DNA of 64,000 nt from NCBI RefSeq assembly GCF_964355755.1, contig NC_092670.1:21128795-21192794 (forward strand), read 5' to 3'. Below the pieces are notes generated by a model. It made no database searches. It was not told the origin of the DNA and saw only the letters and a list, made by a program, of their open reading frames with translations. The translations under genes were made by a program, and so were the position numbers. Of this stretch, positions 24,806 through 37,400 are shown piece after piece (position 1 is the stretch's first letter; each line of letters opens with the position of its first letter). Source of the DNA: Antedon mediterranea. Taxonomy: Eukaryota > Animalia > Echinodermata.

Positions 24806-27800
24806 ATGGCGGCGAAAAGAGTAGCCCAGAAAGCTGTGGATTGGGCAGCTTTTGCGGAAAGAGTTCCACCTAATCAAAAAGTACAATTTAATGCTTTAAA
24901 AGGAAAATCAGATGCAATAAAGGCGAAGTAAGTTTCGATCAGGTAGCTAGGATAGGAGGCCTAGCTAGGCTAGTGACTAGGCCAGGCTAGGCCACACATA
25001 AGACCGCACAGGACACACACATGCCTGCTGAACGCATGACTGAGCACTAGGGCCCAGCTTTCTAGCTAAGCCTAGGATAGGCGTTGTGGTCTGCTCTAGG
25101 TAGCCACACGGACTTTTTAGCATTATTTTTCAATACATTTTAATTAACTCACCGCAACGCCACCTCAATTTAATAAAGTGGCGTATATTTTTATTATCAT
25201 CAGATTCACTATTATTTAGTAGGGCCTAGGCCTATTAGTATTAATAAGTATTATCAATAACATAGACATAGTTGTCAATAATTAATCAATACAATGTTTG
25301 GCGCTAGTTTCGTTTCGCACCTGTTTTTATTTCGGATTCCTTTTGTCTCCAAATTGTTAAGCAACTTATTGTGAATACCACACCTTAAAATTGGGCCTCA
25401 TAATGCACTTGTCAATTGTATGACCCACTATACGACCCCCGGGAGAGGTGCGTCATGGGTGCGTCATTTACAAATAATTACTGACGCAGGGGTGCGTCAA
25501 AAAACCTAGATGGTACGTCACATCAATGAACAAGGTGTGTCAATGTCCGTCACTTTACCACCCACCATATCATAAACAACATGGTCACAGTGCGTCAAAA
25601 TGGGTGCGTCATGGTCACCTAAAGGTACAGTAAGTCACCTTTTTGACGCACGGGTGCGTCATGGTATTCAAAAGTATGACGCACATCGGACAAATGACGC
25701 ACCTCTCCCGGGGGTCGTATAGTGGGTCATACAATTGACAAGTGCATAAGTACTTTTATGAAGAAGAATCACATAAAAAGTAACTAATAAATCCTTAAAT
25801 TGATGATTTTACAGACATGTTTTTCGCATACCGTTCGCGAATTTAGCATACTCGAAGTTCAATATTTTCGTTTCTATGGAGCGCCAAAAGAGCAACAACA
25901 ATAGATGGTTAAAAACTCAGTGGAATGCGTCTTCTTTTAATGCATTTATTATTGAAATACACGTTTGATTTTAATATATTTTGTCAATAAAAATGCTGTA
26001 ACATTTTACTGCTAATAATTTGCTGTTTTCAAATAGCAACCAACCCTAGACCTAAGAGTAAGACTAAGACTAAGAGGAATATTATTTAGATCAGGTATAC
26101 CCCTACAGTACATGTAATATGATGATGAATTTGTCGATTTTCATTCCTAAAAGTTCCTGCAAAAACCATGTACAGTATCAACAGTAATATTTTTGTTGCA
26201 TTGACATTGACAAAATATGATAAAATTGAACGTAATTTTCACCAATAAATGCATTAAATATACGCAATTTATTGAGTTTTTAGCCCTCTATTATGATTCC
26301 TCTTTTGGCGGTCCATAGAAACAACAACATTGAACATGGAGTATGCGAAATTCACAAACCGATGTGCGAGAGAAACACACCTGTAAATTCATCAATTTAA
26401 AGGATTAATTTTTTACTTTTTGTGTGATCTCCTTCGTAAAAATATTTTTGAGGCCTAATTCTAAGGTGTGGTACTCGCGATAAAGTTATATTAACCAATT
26501 TTGAGTCAAAATAAACGACAGGTGCGAAACGGAACTAGCGCCCAATGTTTTAACTAGCCTAGGCCTAATAACTATTATTTATTCTGTTTTACCTTTCTTT
26601 AATTATTAGTTTGAAAGCTTCCAAAGTACAGTATTTTTTTTATGTATTCATTTTTCATACATTTTAATTAGTTGGCCTATTTCATTTTAATGTAGATTTA
26701 TGATGACACCAGAAAAGCCACCAGCAATTGACTGGGCCTTTTACAAAAACAAAGTTCCTGTTGCAGGACTGGTTGACAAGTTCCAAAAGCAGGTATTTTT
26801 ATCATCTATCTATATAATTCCTATATTTTTTTTTTATCATCAGAATGAACAATCAAACATAGTTGTCAATTATCAATGTTTTTAACTAATAACTATTCTG
26901 TTTTACCTTTAATTATTAGTTTGAAAGCTTCAAGGTACCATATCCAACAGAGTCTGTTACCCCTATGATTGCTGACCAGGAAAAGCAAATGGTAATAACT
27001 ATGACAATAATTTTATTGCAGTAATCATCAGCAATAGTACTACATGTTTTGTTTTATGAAAATTATTCCAGTCCTAATAGAGACACTGATAAATTTAGAA
27101 GCAATTTTGCTCTTATCTACCACCGATATGCCTTACTTTCTATAAAGATCTGTTGACACTATCAAGCTAGTTTGACAAAAAAATGTGCCAACAAATATGG
27201 TAGTGATATGATGTCATCGTGTCGATATATGGGCACATGACCTAAAGTTTGACATGGCATAAGATTTTCAAGAAGAGTAGTTGAAAAATGTTCAAACTTG
27301 TGTTTAGCAACTGAAGTGCTTGAAAAAACATGTATGATGAATGTGATTATACTGTTTTAATTAATTTATAATTTGATTGTTTACCTACAGGACAAACAAG
27401 CATCAGATTTTAAAGTTGAGTCTGACAAGCGAGTTGCAAAATATGAACAAGAGGTAAGAAACACCAAGTGTAATGTAATATAACATTAATGCTGTTTGGT
27501 ATTACTAATGTACAATCTTGCTGTAAACCAATTTATAGCGTAAATCTTCTAATAGTAACCCACACTCTATTAGTAACCCTTCTTCTAATAGTAACCCCTC
27601 TTCTAATAGTAACCCCTCTTCTAATAGTAACCCCTCTTCTAATAGTAGCCCACCTTATAAGTCAATCTCTAATAATAACCCACTACACTCGAGTCACAAA
27701 AACGTATGATGCAGCCATATTTTGAAAATAAGGAGATAATGCATGTTAATCTCGGGAGTGGGAAGGATTGAGTGTTTTTTAGATTAATAAAATAAAGTTA

Positions 27801-28297
27801 GAGTTCAAACAAATTTGTTTATTCGTACTGTTTTATTATTTTTCTATGAGTTTCTGACCGGAAAAGTTGGGGTGGGTTACTATTTTCAGGTGCCTAATTT
27901 AAGATTAGTAATAGGAACCCACTACTCTAATAGTAACCCCCTTCTAATAGTAACCCACCCTAAAAAACAATCAAAGAATAATAACCCAGGGTTACAATTA
28001 GAAGATTTATGGTACAGAGTCTAAAAAAAGCATACCTATTATAAAGTGATATATAGTGCAAATGAATGTATAACCATACATCGTGATCTGTAAGTTTATG
28101 GCATGCATATTAACCTTATTAATAAATATTGTTTCCATTTTGTTTCTTTCTTGTGACAGATAGCAAAGCTGAACAGCATGATCCCATTTGAAGAGATGAC
28201 AAAAGAAGAATTTGTAGAATATTTCCCAGAGAGTGTTGATTATATAAAGAAATATCCATACTGGCCACATAAGCCAATCTGGGAGCAGAAGGCATAG
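24806..28297 (+). CDS. ATP5PD: ATP synthase peripheral stalk subunit d, mitochondrial (5 exons)
   Basis: Exons 24806-24927 (MAAKRVAQKAVDWAAFAERVPPNQK..), 26696-26792 (PEKPPAIDWAFYK..GLVDKFQKQ), 26920-26991 (FESFKVPYP), 27391-27453, 28160-28297 (IPFEEMT..FPE..KKYPYWPHKPI..stop). AATAAA at about 28570. Confidence 0.96.
25300..26542. mobile_element. Merlin-like foldback non-autonomous transposon
   Basis: TIR GGCGCTAGTT(T/C)CGTTTCGCACCTGT; long imperfect inverted arms (~350 bp); exact 8-bp TSD caatgttt (25292-25299 / 26543-26550); GGNRM-type terminus. Confidence 0.8.
25404..25746. mobile_element. Young Harbinger-like MITE nested in the Merlin-like element
   Basis: ~52-bp near-perfect TIR TGCACTTGTCAATTGTATGACCCACTATACGACCCC..; TAA TSD; internal GTGCGTCA repeats. 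Confidence 0.85.
27147..27252. mobile_element. PIF/Harbinger-like MITE family A (degenerate)
   Basis: tctgttgacactatcaagctagtttgac plus core. Confidence 0.65.
27538..28012. mobile_element. pogo-like MITE with internal 18-bp repeats
   Basis: TIR cgtaaatcttctaatagtaaccc / gggttacaattagaagatttatgg, TA flanks; (CTTCTAATAGTAACCCCT)n at 27545-27685. Confidence 0.7.
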
Positions 28298-29409
28298 GCA
28301 CAACATGCATCCATTGTCAACAAGAGATAGTGCCAATTAAGACTCCTCTGGTAAACTATTTGAAATATAAAGCACCCATGTTGTTAAAAGAACCACTCTT
28401 AGCAGTTAGGAAAACATTGTAATGGCAATATTGTTTACATATCTCTTGTTTCAATATAATTTAGTACTGTAATTCAGGACTAGGCTAAGTAAAAACGTGT
28501 TTGAAGTGTGTCACTAATAACTATTCTCTACAAACCTTTACCTAGAATGTTAAATGAGTAACAGATATGAATAAATGAAAGAGTTATATTATTCATTGTC
28601 TGTGCATGGATTTATGTTAATGTAAAGTCTATATTTATTGTCTTTTTTTGTTAGTCCACCATTCAGCGTTTCAATAATTGTATGACGTATGAAACGCCAT
28701 TTGTGTCAAATATTTATCTTTTTGCTAATAATAATCAACAGTCTAGACTAAGCAGAATAGGAGTATAGGAAATAACAAAAATGGAAAGCAACCTAGCTTA
28801 AACAGCAGTGAAATTATACTATTCCTGGTGACTTGTTAACCATAGTTTGATGTGAACGTTACTAATGTGATTATTCCAGTGATTAACCTGTTCATCACAC
28901 CTGGCAGGTGGCATAACTTGTTTATTTTGGACATGTTCTAGTTTTATCTAGGTTTAGTGGACATGTGACAGATGACATCATCAAAACAGGAAGCGAATCA
29001 AGGTAAACAACTAATGATTCCAATGAGTAACATGTGTATGAAAAAAAAAATATAAGATATAAAAATAAACTATTTAAATTAACGCCATGGGTATTCTTCT
29101 GACATGTGTACCCATGCCATGGCAAGCATTTCAAATGAACAACAGGGAGGTACTTATAAAGGATAAAACCACACCCACCATAATTAGGAGCTAAGGTGTA
29201 CAGTCTTCCTAACTTGGAAAATGAAATATCGGTTGGTTTTATTAAACTATAGAGGGTGTTATAATACTACATCAATCCATAGAGGGCACTTATAATAAAA
29301 ATACTGCATATAGGGAAAGTACCTGATGACAGCTGGTACACCACAATGTTTGTTGTACATTTTACAGACTACGAGTAGGCTAATATCACATTACTATGTG
29401 CGGACACAA

Positions 29410-29726
29410 GACTGTTGAGTGGCCGAGCGGTTAAGACAGTGGAACCGTAATTACGTAGCCATAACATCGGCAGGGGTTCGAGGCTCACTCACTCCATGGT
29501 AGAACGAGTCTAAGATAAGGACTATAAACCGCAGGTCCAGTGTACACATCCAGCTCGTGTGCACTTTAAAAAACCTAGTACATCTTTCGAGACGAGTAGG
29601 GGGTTACCCCGGTCCGGTGTATTAGTACATCACAGTCACTGATCATAACTGGGCCCTCTGGGAGACCAGTCTTTGACAGAAGAAGTTACCCAGTATAAAT
29701 AAATATTTCAATCAATTTCAATCAAT
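29410..29726 (+). mobile_element. tRNA-derived SINE with Deu/Nin-like domain, full length
   Basis: A-box TGGCCGAGCGG, B-box GGTTCGAG, Deu-like core, (TCAA)n-like tail. Confidence 0.8.
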
Positions 29727-30118
29727 GATTAGCTTATAAATGAAGACTCACTCAACATAAACGATCACATAATGGAGTAGCGTTTTATATTTATTTTGTT
29801 CTTTAAAAAAAATTATGAAATAAATAGTTTATAGTTTAAATTACACATAACCTTTCACCTAAATAATTTCAATTCATAATTGTTCATTCTATAATTCAAT
29901 TTTCAAATCAATTTTATATTAATATACTTTGTCCATAATATATAGCCCGTCACATATCTTTCAGTTTTTGTTCTGTTTCCAGCACCATGTATTTAATAGA
30001 AAGATATTGACCTCAAATGGGCACAACCAGGTTTATCAAACTAAATTTGTAATTATAAATCATTTGAATGAATGATGGCGATTATTTAACTGATATTTAT
30101 AATTCTTATTTTATATAT

Positions 30119-30358
30119 TTAGGCAAATTGCCAAGGATAACCATAAGCGAATTCATTCACCATCCTTCTTAAAGGTGGCAATCTTGTTCACAATGCAAAC
30201 ATATACACAAGATGCTCTATTAAACATAGTCTTATTGTTATTTCAAGTCTTTGTGAGTAGAGTTAAAATTAGAACAAATCCCGACACTGAAAGGATTTGA
30301 ACCCAGTACCCTTGGATTGGTAGCCAAGCATCATAACCACCAAGCGAAACTCCACCCC
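30119..30358 (-). mobile_element. tRNA-derived SINE
   Basis: Head with GGTTCAAATCC B-box; tail ..ccttggcaatttgcctaaa related to tails at 23620 and 43405. Confidence 0.65.
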
Positions 30359-30816
30359 AAATATTACATTATCTCATATTTTCAACTAATATACAATACA
30401 ACCCATTATATTTCAATTAAAATAAAATATAATCTTTAAATTTAATGTTTTAAATTTAGTCAAATATTCTATAAGAATATCAGAATGTAAATAGATATGT
30501 TTTGCATTCTTAATTTAAATTTTTAATTAAATTATAATTCGTTATCATAAGAATACCAATTCATTGTAATGGGTTAAAATATAACAGTAATATACTAGTT
30601 CATGAAACAAAATGAGATAAACAAGTAGAAAATATTATTATTATTAGATTCAATTTGAATTTGTTGGCTTCTCCCTATGTCGAAATTATGGAACAACATA
30701 TGCAGTCACTGTGAATATGAATTGTTGACACCTACACCTTGTGATGCATTGTAAAAAATATTTTTAACTCTCTGACCAACTTCTAGTACCGACTTAAAAA
30801 ATGTGAAAGTTCATAC

Positions 30817-30956
30817 AGCTCTATCTACACTACCAAACTAGTTTGACAAACAAAGTGTGATGTGCCCAAATATAGTAGTGATATGACATCATCGTATCCA
30901 TATATAGGCACTTCACATTTGTTTGTCACTGAAGGTTTGATAGTGTAGACAGAGCT
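30817..30956. mobile_element. PIF/Harbinger-like MITE family A
   Basis: Both TIRs present. Confidence 0.8.
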
Positions 30957-31459
30957 TTATTTGCTCAAATAAATTATGACAAAAATATATTAAGTCCTAC
31001 CCCAGGAAAAATAGCAATTTTTTCAATTGTAAGCATTCTCATACAGTATGTAGTACACTATAGTTTATGATGCAAAATTCAAACTCAAGTAACAAACATA
31101 TTATTTAAAAGTTAAAATAATTAAAATAAAATGTATGTAAATATTAAAATGTTTACTTTTCAGTTACTCTTGATGCACCGAAAAAAACAAACAAACTTAA
31201 ACTAATACTGCAGCAATACTATAGAAAAATAATGTAATAAAAATTACAAGTATTTGATCCAAAAATTTAAAAAAAGATTCGATGGGCATAGATGAATATT
31301 CTTCAAACATAATGTGATTGAATACAAATACAGATACAAAGGGAAATGAATGAATGAAAGCTAAAAAAAGAGACCAAACTAACATGTACACAGTAGAGGG
31401 TGGGATAAAGGATACACAAGAAAATTGCACTTGTTGTCAACATAACTCTTTAACACAAA

Positions 31460-34400
31460 TCACTTGTTTCGAATTAAATCTTCAATCTATAAAAAAAAAA
31501 TAAAAACAAATTAATTTAAATACCTTTTGCACTGGTTGAATTAAAAGCACTGCAAAAAAACATGTGTCCACTTAAAAGTAGCATTAATCTAAATGCCAAA
31601 TTGGCTACCAGATGTCTCTATGTAGATGGTTACCTGTACCAGTACCAGTACATTAGTGTATAGGACTTAGATTGTCTGTTGCTTTAACACCATAGGCAAA
31701 TTCTGTAATACAGTAACACATATGTACTATGTATGGGTCACCTAAATTATTTTAAGGTTAGTGATTAGGCTTATGGCCTATGATATGGTGTCACATATGA
31801 TACAACTGTAACACTGTATTACAGGATTTGCCTAGGATACTTGAAAAATTATAGATACAGTACTGAGAATTCATCGTGTGCCACCTGTATTATAGTAAGG
31901 TTAGGAATTAGGCTTATGGCCTATAATGTTTCACATATGATACCTATGTAATACTGTATTACAGGATTTGCCTATGATACAGGACAAATTATAGATACAG
32001 TACCGAGAATCAGCATGTATAGGCTTTTATAAACAGAATCAATAATGAAATGTACTAAAACTTACCTGTTGTCTGTACATTGACTTTACATCTTGGAGAT
32101 CAAGTCTCAATTCCTCAACTTCCTCTGCCTTCTCGCCGTACATCTGGAGAACAGCATTGTAACGATGCTCCAAATCCTACAAAAAAGCAAAATACATGAT
32201 CAAAACCTTAACATATGGTTTTCCGTTTTTAGTAAAGCTCCGTCTACACTATCAAACATTATGTGACACAAAAATGTGATGTGCCCATATATGGACATGA
32301 TGATGTCATACCACTACCATATTTGGGCACATCAAACTAGTTTGATAATGTAGGCAGAGCTTGAGAAAGAATTTGGGACCTTTGAGGCCGCACTTTTATC
32401 ATTCTGCCTAAACAAAAGTTTTCCATCATTTTGATTTGGCTATATTTGATCAAATATACTGTTTGTTATGTTTTTAACTTACATTTAATTTCCGTTTAAG
32501 CTCTGGAAGTACTTTGACCTCATCCTCAAGTTCTTCTTTCTGATTGGCTAGATTTACGATCTCTTCAGCCATTGACCCCCTTGTTCGTTCTAACTGTACA
32601 ATCTCTCCCTGAAAACATCATTAAATATATCTCATTTTCATATCATATCTGCCAATTATCATCTTTGTAGTATAGCACAACCTAAAGCTCTGTCTACACT
32701 ATCAAACTGTATGTGACAAAAAAAATGTGATGTGCCCATATATGGACATGATGTCATATCACTACCATATTTGGGCATATCACTACCATATCTTTTTTTG
32801 TCAAACTAGTTTGATAATGTAGACAGAGCATAAGCAAAAACTACTTGTTCTATTAACATCCCTACCTGATACTGTGTTATCTCTCCCTCACGCTGTTTTA
32901 ACTGCGATTGTAAATTCTCCATTACTGATGTTGCTGAGCCTGCAGCAACACTGTCATAAACATTAGAAATACCACCCCCCGTGACTGAAATGGTACGTTC
33001 CAAAATTTCACCCTATAAAAGAGAATATATTGAAATTTTAACTACCAAAGGAAGAGTACAATCTGGTTTTTTTATAGTAAATCATCATTTTTCTTGAGCC
33101 TCTGACTTGATTTGGAGAATTCTTTAGTTACTTATAATAGACAACTTATTTTACCTTTTAACTTGTATATTTCTTTTTTTTCTGGCACATTTTCTGTGCA
33201 TTGTTAAGTACATTGAGACTTTAGTATAATGCCTAAATTATTATCATAGAAGATGGTGTTTTACTGACCTGTGATGGTGAGAACATGTAAGGTGAATGAT
33301 GATAGTGATTTTTGTCATCTTTGGTTGGTGTACTTGAACGGGATGTATGACTTTGTGAACTACTGCTATCATCCATCTGTGCCCTCTTTTCCTAAAATGC
33401 AAAATATAATACAAATTAAACTTTTTTCTTGCTTCATAATAACAAAAAAAGAAAATTGGAAAAAATATTATTATTACCAGGGTAATCCAACAACAGGACA
33501 CTGAGCTCGCCTTGCCAAGATAGGAACTTTAACAGTCCTTTGATCTTATGTCTGGCTGCGACAAATACCAACAGTACTGTACTATGTACATATTCTCTGT
33601 GGCACCTGGTGTCTATTAAGGGGTATGGAACTGATTGTTTTGCAGCCACAGATAAACCCTTTAATCTCCGGAGCTCAGCATTCTGTTGTTAGATTCCCTT
33701 ACTATTACTTAAAGTTCTAATATTAAAGATGTATTGTCCCTTGAAACACAAAAAATGGAAAAAAAAATATTCTAAATTTAAATTGGCCATATCAAAGTAA
33801 TATTAAAGTTATTCACTTTAAGTCGAAAATTTGAGCCAAAAACAACAAGTTTACGTAATTAACAGGTAAATTAATTTGATTACATTTCGTCTGGGAAATC
33901 GTCGCAAGCGAAAGTAACCAAAGATTTAAAACCATGAGTATGCATTATGCATGATGCTAATTAGGATTGTTTACAACTCGTCACGGTTGAGAAGGTGTTT
34001 TCACACAGATCGCGAGGAAGTTTTATGATTATGCATACAGAGTAGCCAAACAAGCGCATTGCATTACGAGATATGTTTTGATTGAAAACTTTGACTGGAA
34101 GTCAAAGTTATTTTTGAACAAAAAAACATCTGTATTTCGGTTAAATTATTTTTTTTTTCGACTAATTTTTGGTGAAAGTTAATAACTATTATGATACTTC
34201 AAAATTACCCACTTTTTTTCGAAATAAAAAAAAAAGTTTTTGGGGAATTAGTCAAAGGGACAATACATCTTTAACATTTAACTTGGTGAATTTCAAGATT
34301 ACCTTTTCCTTGATGGTATCCTGGGCAATCAGAAGTTTCTTGTGTTCTGTTTCCACCTTCATCTTTTCCACTTCCAGCTTTTTCTCTAACAATGCTTTAT

Positions 34401-37400
34401 CCTTCTCTAACTCTTCCAGTGCTTTGGTATATGTGGCACGCTGTGCATCAATTTGAAGAGCATCTCTGTTGTTGAATGCAAAATAATTAAAAATTGGCAA
34501 TTACATAGAGAACACCGATCTCCAAGAAATCGCCCTGTTGTGTCAAGAGCAGTTATTATGTTTGGGCTCATGCCTATCACTTGCTCCTGGAAAATTATAT
34601 ACTTGTTTTGAACTTGCTGAATAAATATCATTATTATTAAGTCCACCAGATACATCACAAGTGAACCCCAATACTGATGTTCATAAAGTTGTTGTGCAAA
34701 TCTATTTATCTGAGGTATTGATACAATGGAATAAATAAGTACAGGTCTCCAACCAAAAAAACACTTTTGGGACCCCGGTTTTAGTAGTAGTTTTGGATTC
34801 TCAATGGAATAATCTGTATTTGTATTTATTCTTTCACATTTAAAGTCTTTCTGACTGATATGACCCCCCCCCCCCCCCCCCCCACCAGATTACTTTATTG
34901 TATTTATTATCCTGTATGTTATATATTGTGGAAATTAATTAAATTGAAATTGAATTACAGGATGAAAATATAGATATAAATATAAAAACACACATATAAA
35001 ATTAACAAAAGGAAAATCCTAATAGTTTATCTAATCTATAGATTGGCAGCAGTGTTAACCAATTCTTGGACATGTGTACAGTACATCTCTCCAACCACTG
35101 ATTACTTACCTATTAACTGTATCTTCCAGTGTCTGTAGCTTAGCTTTCTCCATTTCTAGTGCAGTCACATATTTTGTCTTTTCCTGTCTAAGCAAAGCTA
35201 ACTGTGATTCTAGCGATGCCAGCTTAGAGTTAGCATGCAATGATCCCTCAGCTGCTAGTCGTTCCTTCTCAGTGGCTACAGCTAGTTGTGATTGGCATTC
35301 CATCAGCCTCTCTGTAAGGCTTTTTTCTACCTGTTCCCATGTGTTGGATTGAGCGTTAAAGGTAGCTTGCAGGTTTTCAATTTGTCGAAGCAGAGGCTTA
35401 GTTGCTACAAGAAAATAAGCTTCATGTTAACACATTATTTTTATTAATTTACCATGTATTAACATCATTTTAAATACTCTGCAGATGTAGAATAGGACCC
35501 CTCCTTTGAAACACTCTTTTCAGGGTGATATATTAAGGGGACATTTTATGTGAAACACTATGGCCAATCTCTATTCCGGGAAAACTTTGTTGGGTCCTGA
35601 AGATGTTCCCTTAAAAGGGGTTCAACTGTATTTATAAAATATATATTTTCAGGACAGGAAAACCAACATTTTTAACACATTTTTTTGCTTTTAAGCTTGT
35701 TTTTGTTCGATCTTACCTGCCGAGACATTTTGACTGAGTTCTTGATTCCTGTCTTCCCCTTCTTGCATGCATTGTTGTAAGTCACTTATTTCTTGTTTCA
35801 AACGTTCTTCTTTGCGTGCATACTTCTGTTCAGCTCTTGACAAGCTCATTCTCAAATCATTCACCTAAAAAAATCACACACAAATCAATGAGGATTTTGG
35901 AAATTCTTTTTAATGCATATTTAGAGGGTAGAAAAACACAATAAAACTCTGTCTACACTATCAAACTAGTTTGAACAAAAATATGTGATGTACCCAAATA
36001 TGGTAGTGATATGACATCATCATGTCTATATTGGCACATCACATTATTATGTCACATAAAGTTTGATAGTGTAGACAGAGCTTAAGAAAAGGCTCAATTA
36101 CTACACTACTTCATCGTAAATATAATTCAAGAAAATTAGAAAATTTGAGAAACGGTACGATATGTTTCAAATTCATTGTAACTTTATTCATCCAATAAAA
36201 AACTAACCTGAAGCGCGAGACTTTCCTGGTCCATGCGAGATTCCTGATGGGCTCTTTCTAATGCAAGTCTCATAGACTCTTTAGCATTCATTTCAGCACT
36301 CAGTTGACTTTCCTGGACTATGCTCTCTTTCGATGCTATCGCTTTGTTTAATTCTGCAATTTCTCTGAAAAAAAACCAATTTTTCTTTAAGTTAAGAGTT
36401 GCAAGGTTTTGCTACGTACCATAACTCATTAATTGATATGTATTGTTATTATGCTACTACACATAATATAGCCTCTAGTTCCCACCATGGTGGATATAAT
36501 TAATAAGCACCACTAGCTTTTTTATTCAATGGGCCTTGTTTGGTTCCTTGTTGTAATTTGGTACCCCAGTATTTTTAAGATAATTAATAAGTGAATGTTT
36601 TGAGGTTTTTTATTCATGTATGTTTTCTTAATTCATGGTACGATATTTAATTTTAATAGGATGTTTCTATTTTTATAGCAATTTTAACTAATTTTTATAC
36701 AGTTGTAATGCAATTCATTTCAGTCCTTGACTGTCGTTTTGTAATATATTTTTAATATACCGAATAAATAAAAAAGCAATTTATAGTTCTTTCTCTCATA
36801 ACCTACTTGTATGAGCCATCAAGAGCAGCTTGTGTACTTCTAATCTTCTCCCGTGATTCCTCGACCTCTAATCTCAAAGAGGTCAATTCTTTCTCTTGTC
36901 TTTCAACGGCAGAATTCAATACTTTGATGCCCTCTAAATGACAAAATTACAAAAAGTATGTAAAGAGAAATGTAATACTGAATTATACTTTGATATACTG
37001 TATATAATATACAGATATCCATTCTTACTATGTTACATTATGTTATTGTTTTCCAAGTGGGAAAAGGAAACTTCTCTTTGCTTTCTTGTGATCAGGGTAT
37101 CTTTGCGCAATTGTTTTTGGTTGTAATGATTGTTATATTCATGTACAGTTATTTTAATTAACCTTGATTGGTAAAGATAAAGAAACTGAAACACACTACA
37201 CATAATATAGTAATGTTTCTGTCAATAGAAATACAGTACCTTTGTTTTTCTTTTCAACTTCTTCTTTTGCATCTAAAACCTCTTCAAGATGTTTCACCCT
37301 TTCCTGTGAATCTTTTAGTTGTTCACTAAAAATGAGATAAACAAGTAGAAAATATTATTATTGGATTCAATTTGAATTTGTTGGCTTCTCCCTATGTCAA

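Noticed and set aside
28687-28706. 20-bp near-match to 60540-60559 (gtatgaaacgcc.tttgtgt)
   Set aside because: Too short and unextended to distinguish from chance or a tiny repeat remnant.
29410-29490. tRNA genes at 29410, 30280-30358 and 56720-56793
   Set aside because: A/B boxes are present but cloverleaf stems are broken and followed by SINE bodies.
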